Source of the DNA: Desulfarculales bacterium UBA702
GTDB taxonomy: Bacteria; Desulfobacterota; Syntrophobacteria; Syntrophobacterales; Syntrophobacteraceae
Direction of reading: 5' to 3'
Length of the DNA: 64,000 nt
Assembly (NCBI GenBank): GCA_002298165.1
Contig: DBMI01000041.1
Location: 51 to 64,050 of the forward strand
This document shows positions 9,607 through 19,262 of the stretch, piece by piece (position 1 is the stretch's first letter; every line of letters starts with the position of its first letter). A program made the translations under genes and the position numbers. The notes beneath the pieces are model-generated. The model ran no database searches and was not told the DNA's origin. It saw nothing but the letters and a program-made list of their open reading frames with translations.

Positions 9607-10442
9607 GCCCTCCTCCCCTGCCCTCCGGTGTACTGGAGCAGAAAGAAGAAGATGATAAATGAGAGCACGGCAAGAACTGCGGCCACGGCATTTGCGTTCG
9701 CGACATTGCCGGCCTCGAACTGGGCAAAAATATAGAGGGGGGCGGTTTGTGTGCGTAGACGCAGGTTTCCGGAGACAAGCACGGTAGCCCCGAATTCACC
9801 GAGAGAATGAGCAAAGGTGAGGAGCGTGCCGGTAAACAGGCCGCCGCGAAGGGCTGGCAGAATCACATACCGAAAAGTCTGCCATCGGCTTGCGCCCATT
9901 GTGTAGGCAGCCTCTTCGTAGGTCGTTTCGAGCTCATCGAGCACCGGTTTTACTGAACCCAACATGTACGGGAAAGTCACAAAAAGATGGGCAAGCAATA
10001 CCCCAAAAGGCGTAAACATCGGCTCCAGGCCGAATTTGCCCAGGAATTTGCCAAGCAACCCGATCGGCCCCCATAAAAGCAGCAGTGACGTACCGACAAC
10101 GACCGTCGGGATTGCGACGGGGAGGTTTACGACTATTCCCAGCGGCCGTTCGCCGGGAAAACGGTACTTGCTGAGAATGTATGCGGCGAAGGTGCCCAGC
10201 ACGGCATTGACGGCGGCCGTTGCAAAAGCGATAAACAGGCTGAATCGCAGAGCGAATACCGCATCCGGGGAACTCAGGGCGGTTATAAACGTCGATAAGC
10301 CGCCTTCGAAGGCAAAGATAAATATCGCCGCCAGGGGCATGAGCAGCAGCGGCAGGAGCACCAGCACCAGCAATCCGACAGGCGCGATCGCACTATGGGG
10401 CCGAGTCTTTGCCGTTGAGACATCGGGAATGTCCGGGCTCAT
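9603..10442 (-). CDS. sulfate ABC transporter permease (CysT/CysW family)
   Basis: Six-TM permease with an EAA-like loop (EEAAYTMGASRWQTFRYVILP). ATGA overlaps with both the upstream sbp gene and downstream cysA. Confidence 0.85.
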   Translation of the reverse strand: MSPDIPDVSTAKTRPHSAIAPVGLLVLVLLPLLLMPLAAIFIFAFEGGLSTFITALSSPDAVFALRFSLFIAFATAAVNAVLGTFAAYILSKYRFPGERPLGIVVNLPVAIPTVVVGTSLLLLWGPIGLLGKFLGKFGLEPMFTPFGVLLAHLFVTFPYMLGSVKPVLDELETTYEEAAYTMGASRWQTFRYVILPALRGGLFTGTLLTFAHSLGEFGATVLVSGNLRLRTQTAPLYIFAQFEAGNVANANAVAAVLAVLSFIIFFFLLQYTGGQGRRA

Positions 10443-11491
10443 TGCTTCAAATCCTTCAACACGCGATTCTTCCAAATCCCGTCGATAATTCTCTTTTTGG
10501 CCTCGGGCCAGCCGCCCAGATCCTCGATCAGGAAAGGATCCTGAATTTTGCCGAATTCCGGGTTCTCCAGATTCAGCGACTCATCGACACTGCGAAACCC
10601 GTAATTGACGAAAATCCGCTGTGCTTTTTCACTCCACATAAAATTTGCGAATGCCTCCACCAACTCCCGCTCTCCCGGTGCAATATTATGGTCCAGCAAC
10701 AGCAGGGTGTGTTCGCTCAGGATGGTCCTGCGGGGGTAGACCACTTCAAGTTTGAACCTGCTCCGAGCCTTGTCCCGGACTGCTTCCTGCTCGTAGGTGA
10801 TAAGGGCATCCCCAAAGCCCTGTTCGAACTCAGTGCGGGCGCCGCGCGCGGAAGCAGACAAGGCTGCAATGTTCTTCCAGATTCCCAGCAGCAATTGATA
10901 CCCTGCTTCAGGATTCGACGGATTTTGCCGCAGGCCGGCACCATATTCGGCAACTACGGCCCAATTAGCCCCGCCGGAGGTCATCGGGTCCGGATGGATT
11001 ATCCCGATACCCGGCCGGGTAAGATCGCTAAAATCGGCGATTCTTTTCGGATTGCCCCCGCGAACGAAAATCACAAATGGTGAGCGGTTCACGACGCCGC
11101 CGCAGGGCAGATTGCGCCAACTTCGAGGCTGGGTCAGATCGGCATCGGCCAGCCTTTGGGCGTCAAGCTCCGTGGCGAGCAGGACAATCTGGGCGGGCAC
11201 GCCCATGATAATCTGGTTGGTGACTGTGCCCGACCCTGCAAATGAGCTGATAAGCTCCACCTCCTCGCCTGTCCGCTCCCGCCATTCTTCCCGGAATGCC
11301 GGGAAAACGCCTTCGTTCATAACCTCGCCAAGGATACTGAACCCGTAGAGGACAATCGCACGCGGGGCCGCACCGCCGGAGTGCGGCGATATCCATGGAT
11401 GGATCGCAAAAAGTGCAAGCAAACCGAAGATTATTATGGGCAGCGCCGACCTGAGCCTTGGCAACAGCCCGGAACTTCTCCAATTGCGCAT
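10439..11491 (-). CDS. sbp: sulfate/thiosulfate-binding periplasmic protein
   Basis: Aligns by eye to E. coli Sbp as I recall it: TSGGANW, SARGARTEF, GDALITYEQEA, LGGWPEA. Confidence 0.85.
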   Translation of the reverse strand: MRNWRSSGLLPRLRSALPIIIFGLLALFAIHPWISPHSGGAAPRAIVLYGFSILGEVMNEGVFPAFREEWRERTGEEVELISSFAGSGTVTNQIIMGVPAQIVLLATELDAQRLADADLTQPRSWRNLPCGGVVNRSPFVIFVRGGNPKRIADFSDLTRPGIGIIHPDPMTSGGANWAVVAEYGAGLRQNPSNPEAGYQLLLGIWKNIAALSASARGARTEFEQGFGDALITYEQEAVRDKARSRFKLEVVYPRRTILSEHTLLLLDHNIAPGERELVEAFANFMWSEKAQRIFVNYGFRSVDESLNLENPEFGKIQDPFLIEDLGGWPEAKKRIIDGIWKNRVLKDLKQ

Positions 11492-11555
11492 GATTATTCC
11501 CAGGGAATGACATGAGGTGGACCGCCACCCTGAAACATTCTGGCGAAATCACCAA

Positions 11556-11679
11556 GGGCTGTTGCCTAAACAATTTGCGATGCAAATTCCCCTCCCTTTG
11601 ATGGGAGGGAGCCAAGGGAGCGGAGTTTTCCTTCAACTCCGGCCCATTATTTTCCTCTCATGTTTGGGCAACAACCTGA
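11556..11679. repeat. MITE-like palindromic element, short copy
   Basis: Terminal inverted repeats ctgttgcctaaaca / tgtttgggcaaca and a core hairpin ccctccc-tttgat-gggaggg. Homologous to 52065..52285. Confidence 0.6.
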
Positions 11680-11963
11680 CTAGTAATCGCCACGTACCCA
11701 ATATAAGCTTTGTCTCGCAAATTCGACAGGGCTACGGAAAAAGCTACGATCGGCACGAGAATAAGCACTGCTATGCGGTATGGGAGAATAGAAGGGCATC
11801 CCTTGGCTCTGATGAACCGGGGAGCGATTGCAATCTTAATGCATGCAGGTTGAGCAAAAGCTCACCGGTCCACTATGCAAATGCCGGCAGCAAATTTGTT
11901 AGGGCGAAAATTGTGGAATGGCGGGTAATGGCGAGCGATGTTCGCTAAAGATTGAAAGATCCG

Positions 11964-12389
11964 CTACTCGGTCGGTTTTTTCGGGTGATCCAGCTTTTTA
12001 GCAATGGAATTCATGATTTCTACCCACTCACCGAAAGTGGCCGGTTTGGTAATGAATGCGTCTGCCATTGCTCTAATTTTTACGGCAACTTCTTTTTCAT
12101 TGGAGGTGGTGAGAATAACTATTGGAATTTTCTTGAATACAGGATGGGATTTTATTTGAAACAGGGCGTCAGCGCCATTTTTTCTAGGCATATTCAGATC
12201 GAGAAGAATAAGGTCGGGCAGTCCCGGTCCCTTTGATCGAGCATTTTCGGCCAGCGAGTTTAAAAGCTCAACCCCATCCGAGACACAGGAGAAGGCAGCC
12301 TTTGACCCGGTTTCCGCAAAGGCTTCGGATGCCATGAAGCAGTCATCTGCGTCATCATCAGCCATCAGAATGGTCTTTTTGAAGTTCAT
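11964..12389 (-). CDS. single-domain response regulator (Rcp1-like)
   Basis: ILMADDDADD, DLILLDLNMPRKNG, PIVILTTS, AFITKP. ATGA overlap with the upstream kinase remnant. Confidence 0.85.
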   Translation of the reverse strand: MNFKKTILMADDDADDCFMASEAFAETGSKAAFSCVSDGVELLNSLAENARSKGPGLPDLILLDLNMPRKNGADALFQIKSHPVFKKIPIVILTTSNEKEVAVKIRAMADAFITKPATFGEWVEIMNSIAKKLDHPKKPTE

Positions 12390-12733
12390 TCTTTTGCACT
12401 ACTTTCCGCGGCTTGTTGAATCGGAAGAGTGATCATAAACGTTGACCCCTCCACGGGCTGACTCCTGTCTGTAATGCTTCCCCCCTGGCGCTCGACTATC
12501 TTGCGGCAAATGGCAAGTCCCGTGCCGGTCCCCTCATAATGACCTTTTGCATGAAGCCGCTGGAAGGGAGCAAAAATCTTGTCTACGAATTGTTCTTCAA
12601 ATCCAATCCCGTTATCCTCTACAAAAATTTGGCGGAATTTGCCACCCTGATTTTCACTATAGATTCGGATTTCCAAAGATTCGTTTTCTTTCACCGCACT
12701 TGGAGATACCCTTCCACGGTATTCATCCGCCAA
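12386..12733 (-). pseudogene. histidine kinase remnant (HATPase_c G1/G2 region only)
   Basis: Matches the last ~90 aa of the kinase at 15451..16848 (DNGIGF..FxPFQRLH..YEGTGxGLxICRKI). It lacks the HisKA domain and N-box, has a TTG start, and has a stop immediately upstream in frame. Confidence 0.6.
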
Positions 12734-12950
12734 TGGCTATCGGAAGAAAGAGGCCGAGGATCTAATTCGAATACCTGGATGAAGTCGACAAGCTTATGCC
12801 CAGCTATCTTGTAAGTAAGCCGCTCATATATTTTTAACACATACCCGGTGAGCAATCACCAATTTTGAGTGCTCCCCACCACCCAGGACCTGTTTGGGAA
12901 TAGACCGGCAACAGATGCACAATCACAAGTGGGTTTTGTATTTACTCGGA

Positions 12951-13955
12951 TCAATGTTCGGGAAGCTGCGGCGGCCCGGAGTCCAAAAGCTCTATCGAGC
13001 AGAGATCTTTCATTTTGCTCATGCTAAGTATCTTCTGACCGTCAAACCAGAATATCAGGACACCCACAATGACTATAGGGACGTGCTCGATTATATGGAG
13101 CGAGATGGCATAGCTCAATGCGAGGCCGCTTTCAACGGAAAACAGTTTCAGGGCCGCAACGGTTGCCACCTCAAATGGTCCGAAATTTCCAGGGGTGTTC
13201 ACAAGAGATATTCCGATATTCAGGAAAATCAATGTTACGGCCACAGCGCTCAAGGGCATCTGCATGTGAAAGGCCTTGAACATGGCCCATATGATTGCTC
13301 CCCGAATAATCCATATTGTGCTCGAAAGGAAAAATATGGGAATAAGAAGTCTCGATTTCTTTACAGCGGAGAGCCCGGCCACAAATCGATCAATCTCTTC
13401 CGATATCCTGCGCCCATATCTGCCGCCATATCTTTGGCTAAAGTACTTGAGCGATTTTACGAGAAAAAACGATGCAAAAATCACGGCCAACAACAGGACT
13501 ATCCCTGAGAAGATCAGCTTCTTCACGAATGGGTGAGATGGATAAAAGGGACTGGTAAGCGCTACCAGGACGAAAAAGAGGACTACATCGGCAATACGGT
13601 CCAGAATTACCGCGGAGAGCGAGACAGGTATACTTACGTTTTCTTTTTTCGCCAAAACATAAGTGCGCACGCCGTCACCCAATCTGCACGGCAGGATCGT
13701 GTTGCCCAGGAATCCGAGTAAAACGGCAGCAAAGGCGTTTTTAACCCTTACCCCTTTCTTGATGGATCCAAGTATGAGCGCCATCCGTGTGGATTCAATG
13801 CCGGAGTAGAGAAGATTCAGGGCAGGGGCCAACAAAGCCCATCGCCAGTCTATTCCGACGAAGGATTGCCGTATCCTGTGCCAGTCAGCATGAGACAGGA
13901 TAAGAGCGAGCACGATCAGGAGCACCAAAAGCAATGCGGAACGGATTATATTCAT
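12951..13955 (-). CDS. polytopic membrane protein, UPF0104 / LPG-synthase-TM (flippase-like) family
   Basis: About 8 predicted TM helices with a positively charged first loop (HADWHRIRQSF). Family assignment is from general resemblance only. Start placed at the internal ATG (MNIIRS). Confidence 0.5.
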   Translation of the reverse strand: MNIIRSALLLVLLIVLALILSHADWHRIRQSFVGIDWRWALLAPALNLLYSGIESTRMALILGSIKKGVRVKNAFAAVLLGFLGNTILPCRLGDGVRTYVLAKKENVSIPVSLSAVILDRIADVVLFFVLVALTSPFYPSHPFVKKLIFSGIVLLLAVIFASFFLVKSLKYFSQRYGGRYGRRISEEIDRFVAGLSAVKKSRLLIPIFFLSSTIWIIRGAIIWAMFKAFHMQMPLSAVAVTLIFLNIGISLVNTPGNFGPFEVATVAALKLFSVESGLALSYAISLHIIEHVPIVIVGVLIFWFDGQKILSMSKMKDLCSIELLDSGPPQLPEH

Positions 13956-14237
13956 CTGGCCTTCTGGAGGTCGTACCTCAAAGCATACCAACCGCAATGG
14001 CGGAAAGGTTTTTTGAGTAATTTTATCACGCCGGTCCTAAAATAATAATCTTACCGCGCGAAATTCTTTGTTTTCTCCTGAAAGATCTTTGGATGCCCAC
14101 CCAAATTGAACCAGAATTAACGGTGTTGCAGGCCAATGACTGTTTCAAAAACATTAAAAACCCCCTACAATTTAGCGGCTCAATCTTTGATGGATGGGTT
14201 TCCCGGTATCCAAAGCTAAACACCAGCGGAGTTGTTT

Positions 14238-14720
14238 ATGAAATCCAGGTCTTCTTTCGGAATCGTGGCGATCTTCTCTCTATTTCTTTTTCTTTCGGGA
14301 TGCCAGACAGCGTCTCTGACATCGCGGGCAGCACCGGCACCCGAGGAGAGAGTTCAAATCATGCAGGCACAAAATTCGGGGGTTTGGAAGGGAAAAGATA
14401 TTTGGGTAGATTACAAATATTCTCGCGAAGATAGAACCCTGATGCTATCCGGCGTGGTCAATTTCGGAAACCACTTGGTCCGTGGCTTCGAGATCATGAG
14501 CGATTTTCGCATGAGGGTGATCTTTATTGATGAAAATGGCAGGATTTTGGGAACGAGCGGCCTGCTGGCTGACCGTGGAGATTTCAGCCCGATTTCCTTC
14601 AAGAAGAAATTAGCGATCCCGGCATCCACTGCGTCGTTTGTTTTCGACTATGATGGAAATGCCCTGGAGATAGGTCCCGATGGTGCTTCAATGGCGTTTT
14701 GGCAGTATGCAATTTATTAG
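14238..14720 (+). CDS. lipoprotein, unknown function
   Basis: Signal peptide with lipobox LFLSGC. GGAG lies 6 nt upstream of the ATG. Confidence 0.6.
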   Translation: MKSRSSFGIVAIFSLFLFLSGCQTASLTSRAAPAPEERVQIMQAQNSGVWKGKDIWVDYKYSREDRTLMLSGVVNFGNHLVRGFEIMSDFRMRVIFIDENGRILGTSGLLADRGDFSPISFKKKLAIPASTASFVFDYDGNALEIGPDGASMAFWQYAIY

Positions 14721-14866
14721 CGGGTTATTGAGCAACGACAAGAGCCAGGCGTGCAGATATCGCAATGTTACCTGCCCTGGCTCTCATCGAAGGTTGAATC
14801 TCCGATATTAGTTCGGATTAAGAGAGCGATTTTGTGGATATGAACTTCAGACCCTGGCGGTTTAAG

Positions 14867-15070
14867 CTAGATCTTCTTTACCCTGACTGCCGATGGTCCC
14901 TTGGCCCCTTGCTCAACTTCAAAGCTAACGCGGTCGCCTTCCTGGAGGCTTTTAAAGCCGTTGCCTTCAATGGCGCTATGGTGAACGAAAACGTCTTTTC
15001 CACCGCCATCAACCGTGATAAACCCGAAACCCTTCTGATCGTTAAACCATTTTACCGTACCCTGCTGCAT
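14867..15070 (-). CDS. cspA: cold-shock protein, CspA family
   Basis: [15 protein letters not shown] (RNP1) and VFVHHSAI (RNP2); 67 aa. Confidence 0.95.
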   Translation of the reverse strand: MQQGTVKWFNDQKGFGFITVDGGGKDVFVHHSAIEGNGFKSLQEGDRVSFEVEQGAKGPSAVRVKKI

Positions 15071-15450
15071 TCCTGATTTCCTTCCATTGTGTTTGTTGGT
15101 GTTTATTACCTCTTAAGATAACAAATAAACGAATTGACGCAATGAAAAAGAGACGGTGTGTAAAATCAGCTCTGCTCCGGGCGGTTTTAGCAACAACCCC
15201 TCTCGACCCGCCGCTGAATCAAAATCCTGGATTGTCAGTAATCAGGGCAATCCAATCGCTTGACATTACTTCATAGTGTGCTGATATTACACTGAATTTA
15301 GTCATCAAATCCTGCTGAGGAGTAAATCCTCCGGGCATCGGGAGGAGGGGCCGGCACGCCGATCCACGTTTCGAGGCCATAGCGCAACCGATTACATAGC
15401 AAACGAAAATGTGGAACGCACCGCCGGAGCCATTGTCCTGAGGAGAACGG

Positions 15451-16848
15451 ATGGAAGGTCAACGGCAACGGGAACGTATCCAGGCGGAGCTGCTCAAACA
15501 GGCTCTGAAGTTAGCTCCCGTTGGTGTTTTTGCAACTTTTCTGAATTCATTGATTCTTGTCCTGGTTCTCTGGCAACCTGTTTCGCATACAAAATTACTC
15601 ACCTGGTTCTCGATTACTTTGTGTCTGGTGATTCAGCGCGGGCTTTTTCTGTACAAGCACCGGAGAGTCTCCCTCCTGCATGGAGAAGCGGCGCGCGCCA
15701 CCAAAGAATTTGTGGTTGGTATCGGCTTGGCTGGAATGGCCTGGGGTTCCCTTCCAATTTTTCTTTTTCCCCTGGAATCACCTACCCATCAAACCTTGAT
15801 TGTTTTTGTCCTATGCGGAATGGTAGCGGGTGCGGCGGAAACATTTGCTCCGGTTCTTCCGGCATTTATAGTGTTTGCTGTTTCTGCCCTGGTCCCATTA
15901 TTCATTCGCTTTCTTACCATTGGCGGTACCGTTTACTATGCAATGAGCGCCATGACGCTCATATACCTCGTTTTGACATTCGTCATAGCAAAGCGTGTCA
16001 ATATCACAAACAGGAAGCTGATCGAACTCAAGGAACACTACTCCCGGACAGCGGAGGAACTTGCAGCCTCCAACAAAAGGCTGCAGGAACGCACAGATGA
16101 GTTGAGCGTGTCGAATAAGGCGCTTGAGGGATATACCGAGAGGCTCGAACGGTTGAATGAAGAGTTACAGGATTTTGCCTTTGTTGCCTCTCACGATTTG
16201 CAGGAACCGCTTAGAAAAATTCAGACTTTCTGCAACATGATTCAGGAAAAATATTCATCTCGAATCGATAGCAGCGGGCAAGAATACCTGGGTCGAATCA
16301 TAAGTTCGGCCTCCCGTATGCGGCAATTAGTAAGCGATCTGCTTCAACTCTCTCGATTGACTTCGATACCAAAAGAATTCGAGATAGTAGACCTGGCAAA
16401 AATCGCGCGGGAAGCAGCAGATGTCTTTAAAAATACTGTGGAGCAAGCGGGCGGTTCAATTGAAGTCGGAACCCTGCCCGCACTTGAAGCCGATGAATCT
16501 CAGATCCTGCGCCTGTTCCAGAATCTGATTGGCAATGCAATCAAGTTCCACGGCACGGAGCCGCCAAAAATCGTCATTTACGCAAAGCTGGATGAGAATG
16601 GGATTTGTGAGATATTTATCGATGACAACGGCATTGGGTTCGATCCACAGTTTGCCGAACGTATTTTCAAGCCTTTCCAGAGACTGCATAAGCTCGGAGA
16701 ATATGAAGGCACCGGAATGGGGCTCACCATTTGCCGCAAAATAGCCGAATTCCACGGGGGCAGCATCAGTGCGCGGAGCGAGCCGGGAAAAGGTTCGACA
16801 TTTATAGTGAGACTGCCGCTAAAACAGACCGGGTTGGAAGGTCGGTAA
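15451..16848 (+). CDS. membrane sensor histidine kinase
   Basis: N-terminal multi-TM region and a coiled coil. HisKA H-box FVASHDLQEPLR, N-box QNLIGNAIKF, G-boxes DNGIGF and GTGMGL. Confidence 0.85.
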   Translation: MEGQRQRERIQAELLKQALKLAPVGVFATFLNSLILVLVLWQPVSHTKLLTWFSITLCLVIQRGLFLYKHRRVSLLHGEAARATKEFVVGIGLAGMAWGSLPIFLFPLESPTHQTLIVFVLCGMVAGAAETFAPVLPAFIVFAVSALVPLFIRFLTIGGTVYYAMSAMTLIYLVLTFVIAKRVNITNRKLIELKEHYSRTAEELAASNKRLQERTDELSVSNKALEGYTERLERLNEELQDFAFVASHDLQEPLRKIQTFCNMIQEKYSSRIDSSGQEYLGRIISSASRMRQLVSDLLQLSRLTSIPKEFEIVDLAKIAREAADVFKNTVEQAGGSIEVGTLPALEADESQILRLFQNLIGNAIKFHGTEPPKIVIYAKLDENGICEIFIDDNGIGFDPQFAERIFKPFQRLHKLGEYEGTGMGLTICRKIAEFHGGSISARSEPGKGSTFIVRLPLKQTGLEGR

Positions 16849-16862
16849 CGGATCACGCAGAC

Positions 16863-16897
16863 AAAAAAGGGGCCACGGTACATTTTACCGCAACCCC
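16863..16897 (-). terminator. copy of the tRNA-Arg terminator hairpin (may also stop the convergent kinase gene)
   Basis: The 12-bp stem is fully paired only on the minus strand (three G:U pairs) and is followed by a T-run. On the plus strand the same positions are C:A mismatches. Confidence 0.55.
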
Positions 16898-16906
16898 TTT
16901 GGTTTC

Positions 16907-16975
16907 TCTGGTTGCCCCGGCGCGACTCTAATTCACGGCACCAAGATTAGGAATATGCAACCCCGAGCTTCACAA
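16907..16975 (-). pseudogene. decayed partial copy of tRNA-Arg(CCT)
   Basis: The 3' acceptor strand and an 18-nt block (16937..16954) are identical to the tRNA at 35610..35683. The T-loop is non-canonical, and the 5' half and acceptor pairing are lost. Confidence 0.6.
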
Positions 16976-17272
16976 ACTCCTCAATTTGTCGTAAGTTACG
17001 GGAATTACTCAACTTGGAGTTTCCACTTTCCACATTTTAGCTGATTTTCTACGCTTTGGCAGATTTTGGAAAAATTCCTCACACGGTTCCCACACAGCCG
17101 ATGCGCTCTGCTCCTTGGGGTATACTTTCGCCAACTCCGAAGACGACACAATGTGGCTAAGCTCCCAGGAGCCTTGAAGATTTCTGGTTGGTACTCGCGG
17201 ACACTTGCCGAGTGTAGCATTCCATGTGTGCAGCAATAGATTACGCTCATCGGCGAGGCTAGTTGGAAATCT

Positions 17273-17312
17273 ATGCGCAAGCACAAGATATCATGCGCAA
17301 GCACAAGATGCC
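17273..17312. repeat. perfect 17-nt direct repeat at 20-bp spacing
   Basis: atgcgcaagcacaagat at 17273..17289 and again at 17293..17309. Confidence 0.85.
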
Positions 17313-17373
17313 GAGGTTCTTTGGGAAACCGACATCCCACACCCGACACCCGACCAACCGAAGAGCTGCGTGC

Positions 17374-17790
17374 TCACCGTTTCAGGATTCCGGCGAGGAG
17401 TTTCGTGGCTGAAGATGCACAGTCCATGTCCTGTTCAACGCTTCCACCGCTTACTCCAATCCCACCGATTATTGTCCCGTCCGCTTTCAGGGGAAATCCA
17501 CCCCCGAAAATGACAATACGACCGCCGACAGCGTTATGTATCCCAAACAGGGGTTGAGATGGTTGGGCCAGAGATGTCAATTCATGGGTCGGCATCTGCA
17601 AAGCGACTGCGGTGTAAGCTTTGTTTAATGAGATGTCGATGCTCACCAGGAGAGCGTTATCCATTTTCTGTTGGGCAACCAGATTTCCGCCTGCATCCAC
17701 AACAGCAATTATCATGGGAACGCCGATCTCGTCCGCCTTGGCGCGTGCGGTCTCAATCAGTTTCAGGGCCAAACCCAGATTCATTTGCAT
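17374..17790 (-). CDS. GlcG/HbpS-like DUF336 protein (PduO C-terminal-domain family), copy 2
   Basis: GVPMIIAVVDAGGNLV, SIDISLNKAYTA, GGGFPL..G.IIGGIGVSGGSVEQD. Confidence 0.8.
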   Translation of the reverse strand: MQMNLGLALKLIETARAKADEIGVPMIIAVVDAGGNLVAQQKMDNALLVSIDISLNKAYTAVALQMPTHELTSLAQPSQPLFGIHNAVGGRIVIFGGGFPLKADGTIIGGIGVSGGSVEQDMDCASSATKLLAGILKR

Positions 17791-17848
17791 TGTTTTCTCC
17801 TAAATGAGTGGTTCTCGACCTACCGCGTTTCCATCGGGCACATAGACC

Positions 17849-19243
17849 CTAAATTATCCTGAAAGCATCGACCAGTGTGCAGCGGCGGGCACGGGTAAAA
17901 GATCTTGCAGAGGTCAACCCTTCGCCCGTTGGTCCCGCAATCGTGAAAGCGGTATGCCCTTCTCCGCCAAGGCCGATTCCCGCGTAAGATGGGCCATTCT
18001 TTACGAATATGGTCGTTTCAACTTCTCGGGCGAACCTGGTCATATGTTCGATATGGTTTGAGTGAATGATAGCGGTGTGGCGATTTCCCTGTTCCACCTC
18101 CACTCCCAGCGAAATAGCTTCCGAAACGTTTGCGACGCGAACGATCGGAAGAATCGGCATCATCTGTTCGAGCCAAACCAGAGGATGTGTTCTAGGGGCT
18201 TCGAATATGGCAAGCCGGTATTGCTCTCCAATCGACAGGCCTATCTCTTTCAGGATCACCTGCACATTCTTTCCAATAAAAGCACCATTAATCTTTCGAT
18301 CGGATGTAACAACGATCCCGGTTATCTTCTCTACCTGTTCCGGGGTGAGGAGGTAGGCTTTGCCGGTTTCCTGCATGAACTTTATGAGAGCATTGGCGAC
18401 CGAGTCGACCACGATTACTTCTTTCTCGCTCGTGCAGAAGATGTTGTTATTAACACTCGCGCCGTCGATGATGCAGGAGGCGGCCCTGCGAATATTCGCG
18501 GTCTCATCCACTACGACCGGAGGATTACCGGCCCCGGCGCCTATTGCTTTTTTGCCGGATCGCAACACTGCTTGCACCACCGGCCTTCCTCCAGTTGCGA
18601 CCAGCATATCCACCTTCGGGTGAGCCATGAGTTCCCTGGCGGTTTCCAGGGTGGGTCTCGCGACCCCCCCGATCAACCCCGGCGGCCCTCCGGCTCGCAC
18701 TATGGCATCGTGCATTGTAGTAATGGTTTGGACACTGGTTCGGCCGGCATTCGGGTGAGCGTTGAATACAACGGAATTGCCTCCCGATATCATGCAAATG
18801 GAATTATGGATGAGCGTCCCGGTGGGGTTTGTGATAGGAGTCAGCGATCCGATAACTCCTCGCGGGGCATGTTCGACAAGCGTCAAACCATGGTCGCCGC
18901 TGTATGAGCGAGGTTCTATATCCTCGGGTCCGGTTGACTTCGTTGCACAAAGAATGTTTTCGCGGATTTTATCCTCGTAGCGTCCAAGCCCGGTTTCTTC
19001 AATTGCCAGTGCCGCGAGCCTTTCATTTCCATCCAGAGCAGCTTTCCGGATTGCTGCAATGATCTCCTTGCGACGGTCCAGGGAGAGCTTTTTCAATCGA
19101 TTCTGAGCCACCACCGCATTTTCTACAGCCTCATCGATTGTTTCGACGATTCCGGAATTGTTTCCCGAAAGCTCTCTTTCTTCCACCAACTCGATCAATA
19201 CTTTTTTAACCACTGCGGAGATGCTATCCAGATTGGTGTCCAT
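17849..19243 (-). CDS. pduP: CoA-acylating (propion)aldehyde dehydrogenase
   Basis: EutE/PduP-type ALDH with catalytic-Cys context NNNIFCTSEKEVIVV. The N-terminal amphipathic helix SISAVVKKVLIELV looks like an encapsulation peptide. Confidence 0.88.
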   Translation of the reverse strand: MDTNLDSISAVVKKVLIELVEERELSGNNSGIVETIDEAVENAVVAQNRLKKLSLDRRKEIIAAIRKAALDGNERLAALAIEETGLGRYEDKIRENILCATKSTGPEDIEPRSYSGDHGLTLVEHAPRGVIGSLTPITNPTGTLIHNSICMISGGNSVVFNAHPNAGRTSVQTITTMHDAIVRAGGPPGLIGGVARPTLETARELMAHPKVDMLVATGGRPVVQAVLRSGKKAIGAGAGNPPVVVDETANIRRAASCIIDGASVNNNIFCTSEKEVIVVDSVANALIKFMQETGKAYLLTPEQVEKITGIVVTSDRKINGAFIGKNVQVILKEIGLSIGEQYRLAIFEAPRTHPLVWLEQMMPILPIVRVANVSEAISLGVEVEQGNRHTAIIHSNHIEHMTRFAREVETTIFVKNGPSYAGIGLGGEGHTAFTIAGPTGEGLTSARSFTRARRCTLVDAFRII

Positions 19244-19262
19244 CGAAATATCTCCTCAAAAA

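Noticed and set aside
11517-11948. 143-aa ORF in the sbp upstream region, and the 73-aa ORF at 51883..52104
   Set aside because: Both run through the repeat elements and hairpins, and have no RBS and no motif. They are more likely non-coding.
14741-14784. agagccagg / cctggctct inverted repeat between the lipoprotein gene and cspA as a terminator
   Set aside because: The loop is 26 nt and there is no flanking T-run, so it is too weak to call.
16907-16975. Possibility that the 16.9-kb tRNA-like sequence is a second functional tRNA-Arg
   Set aside because: There is no 5' acceptor strand able to pair with CCGGGGC. The T-loop reads ATTAGAG instead of TTCGAGT, and the anticodon stem is broken on its 5' side.
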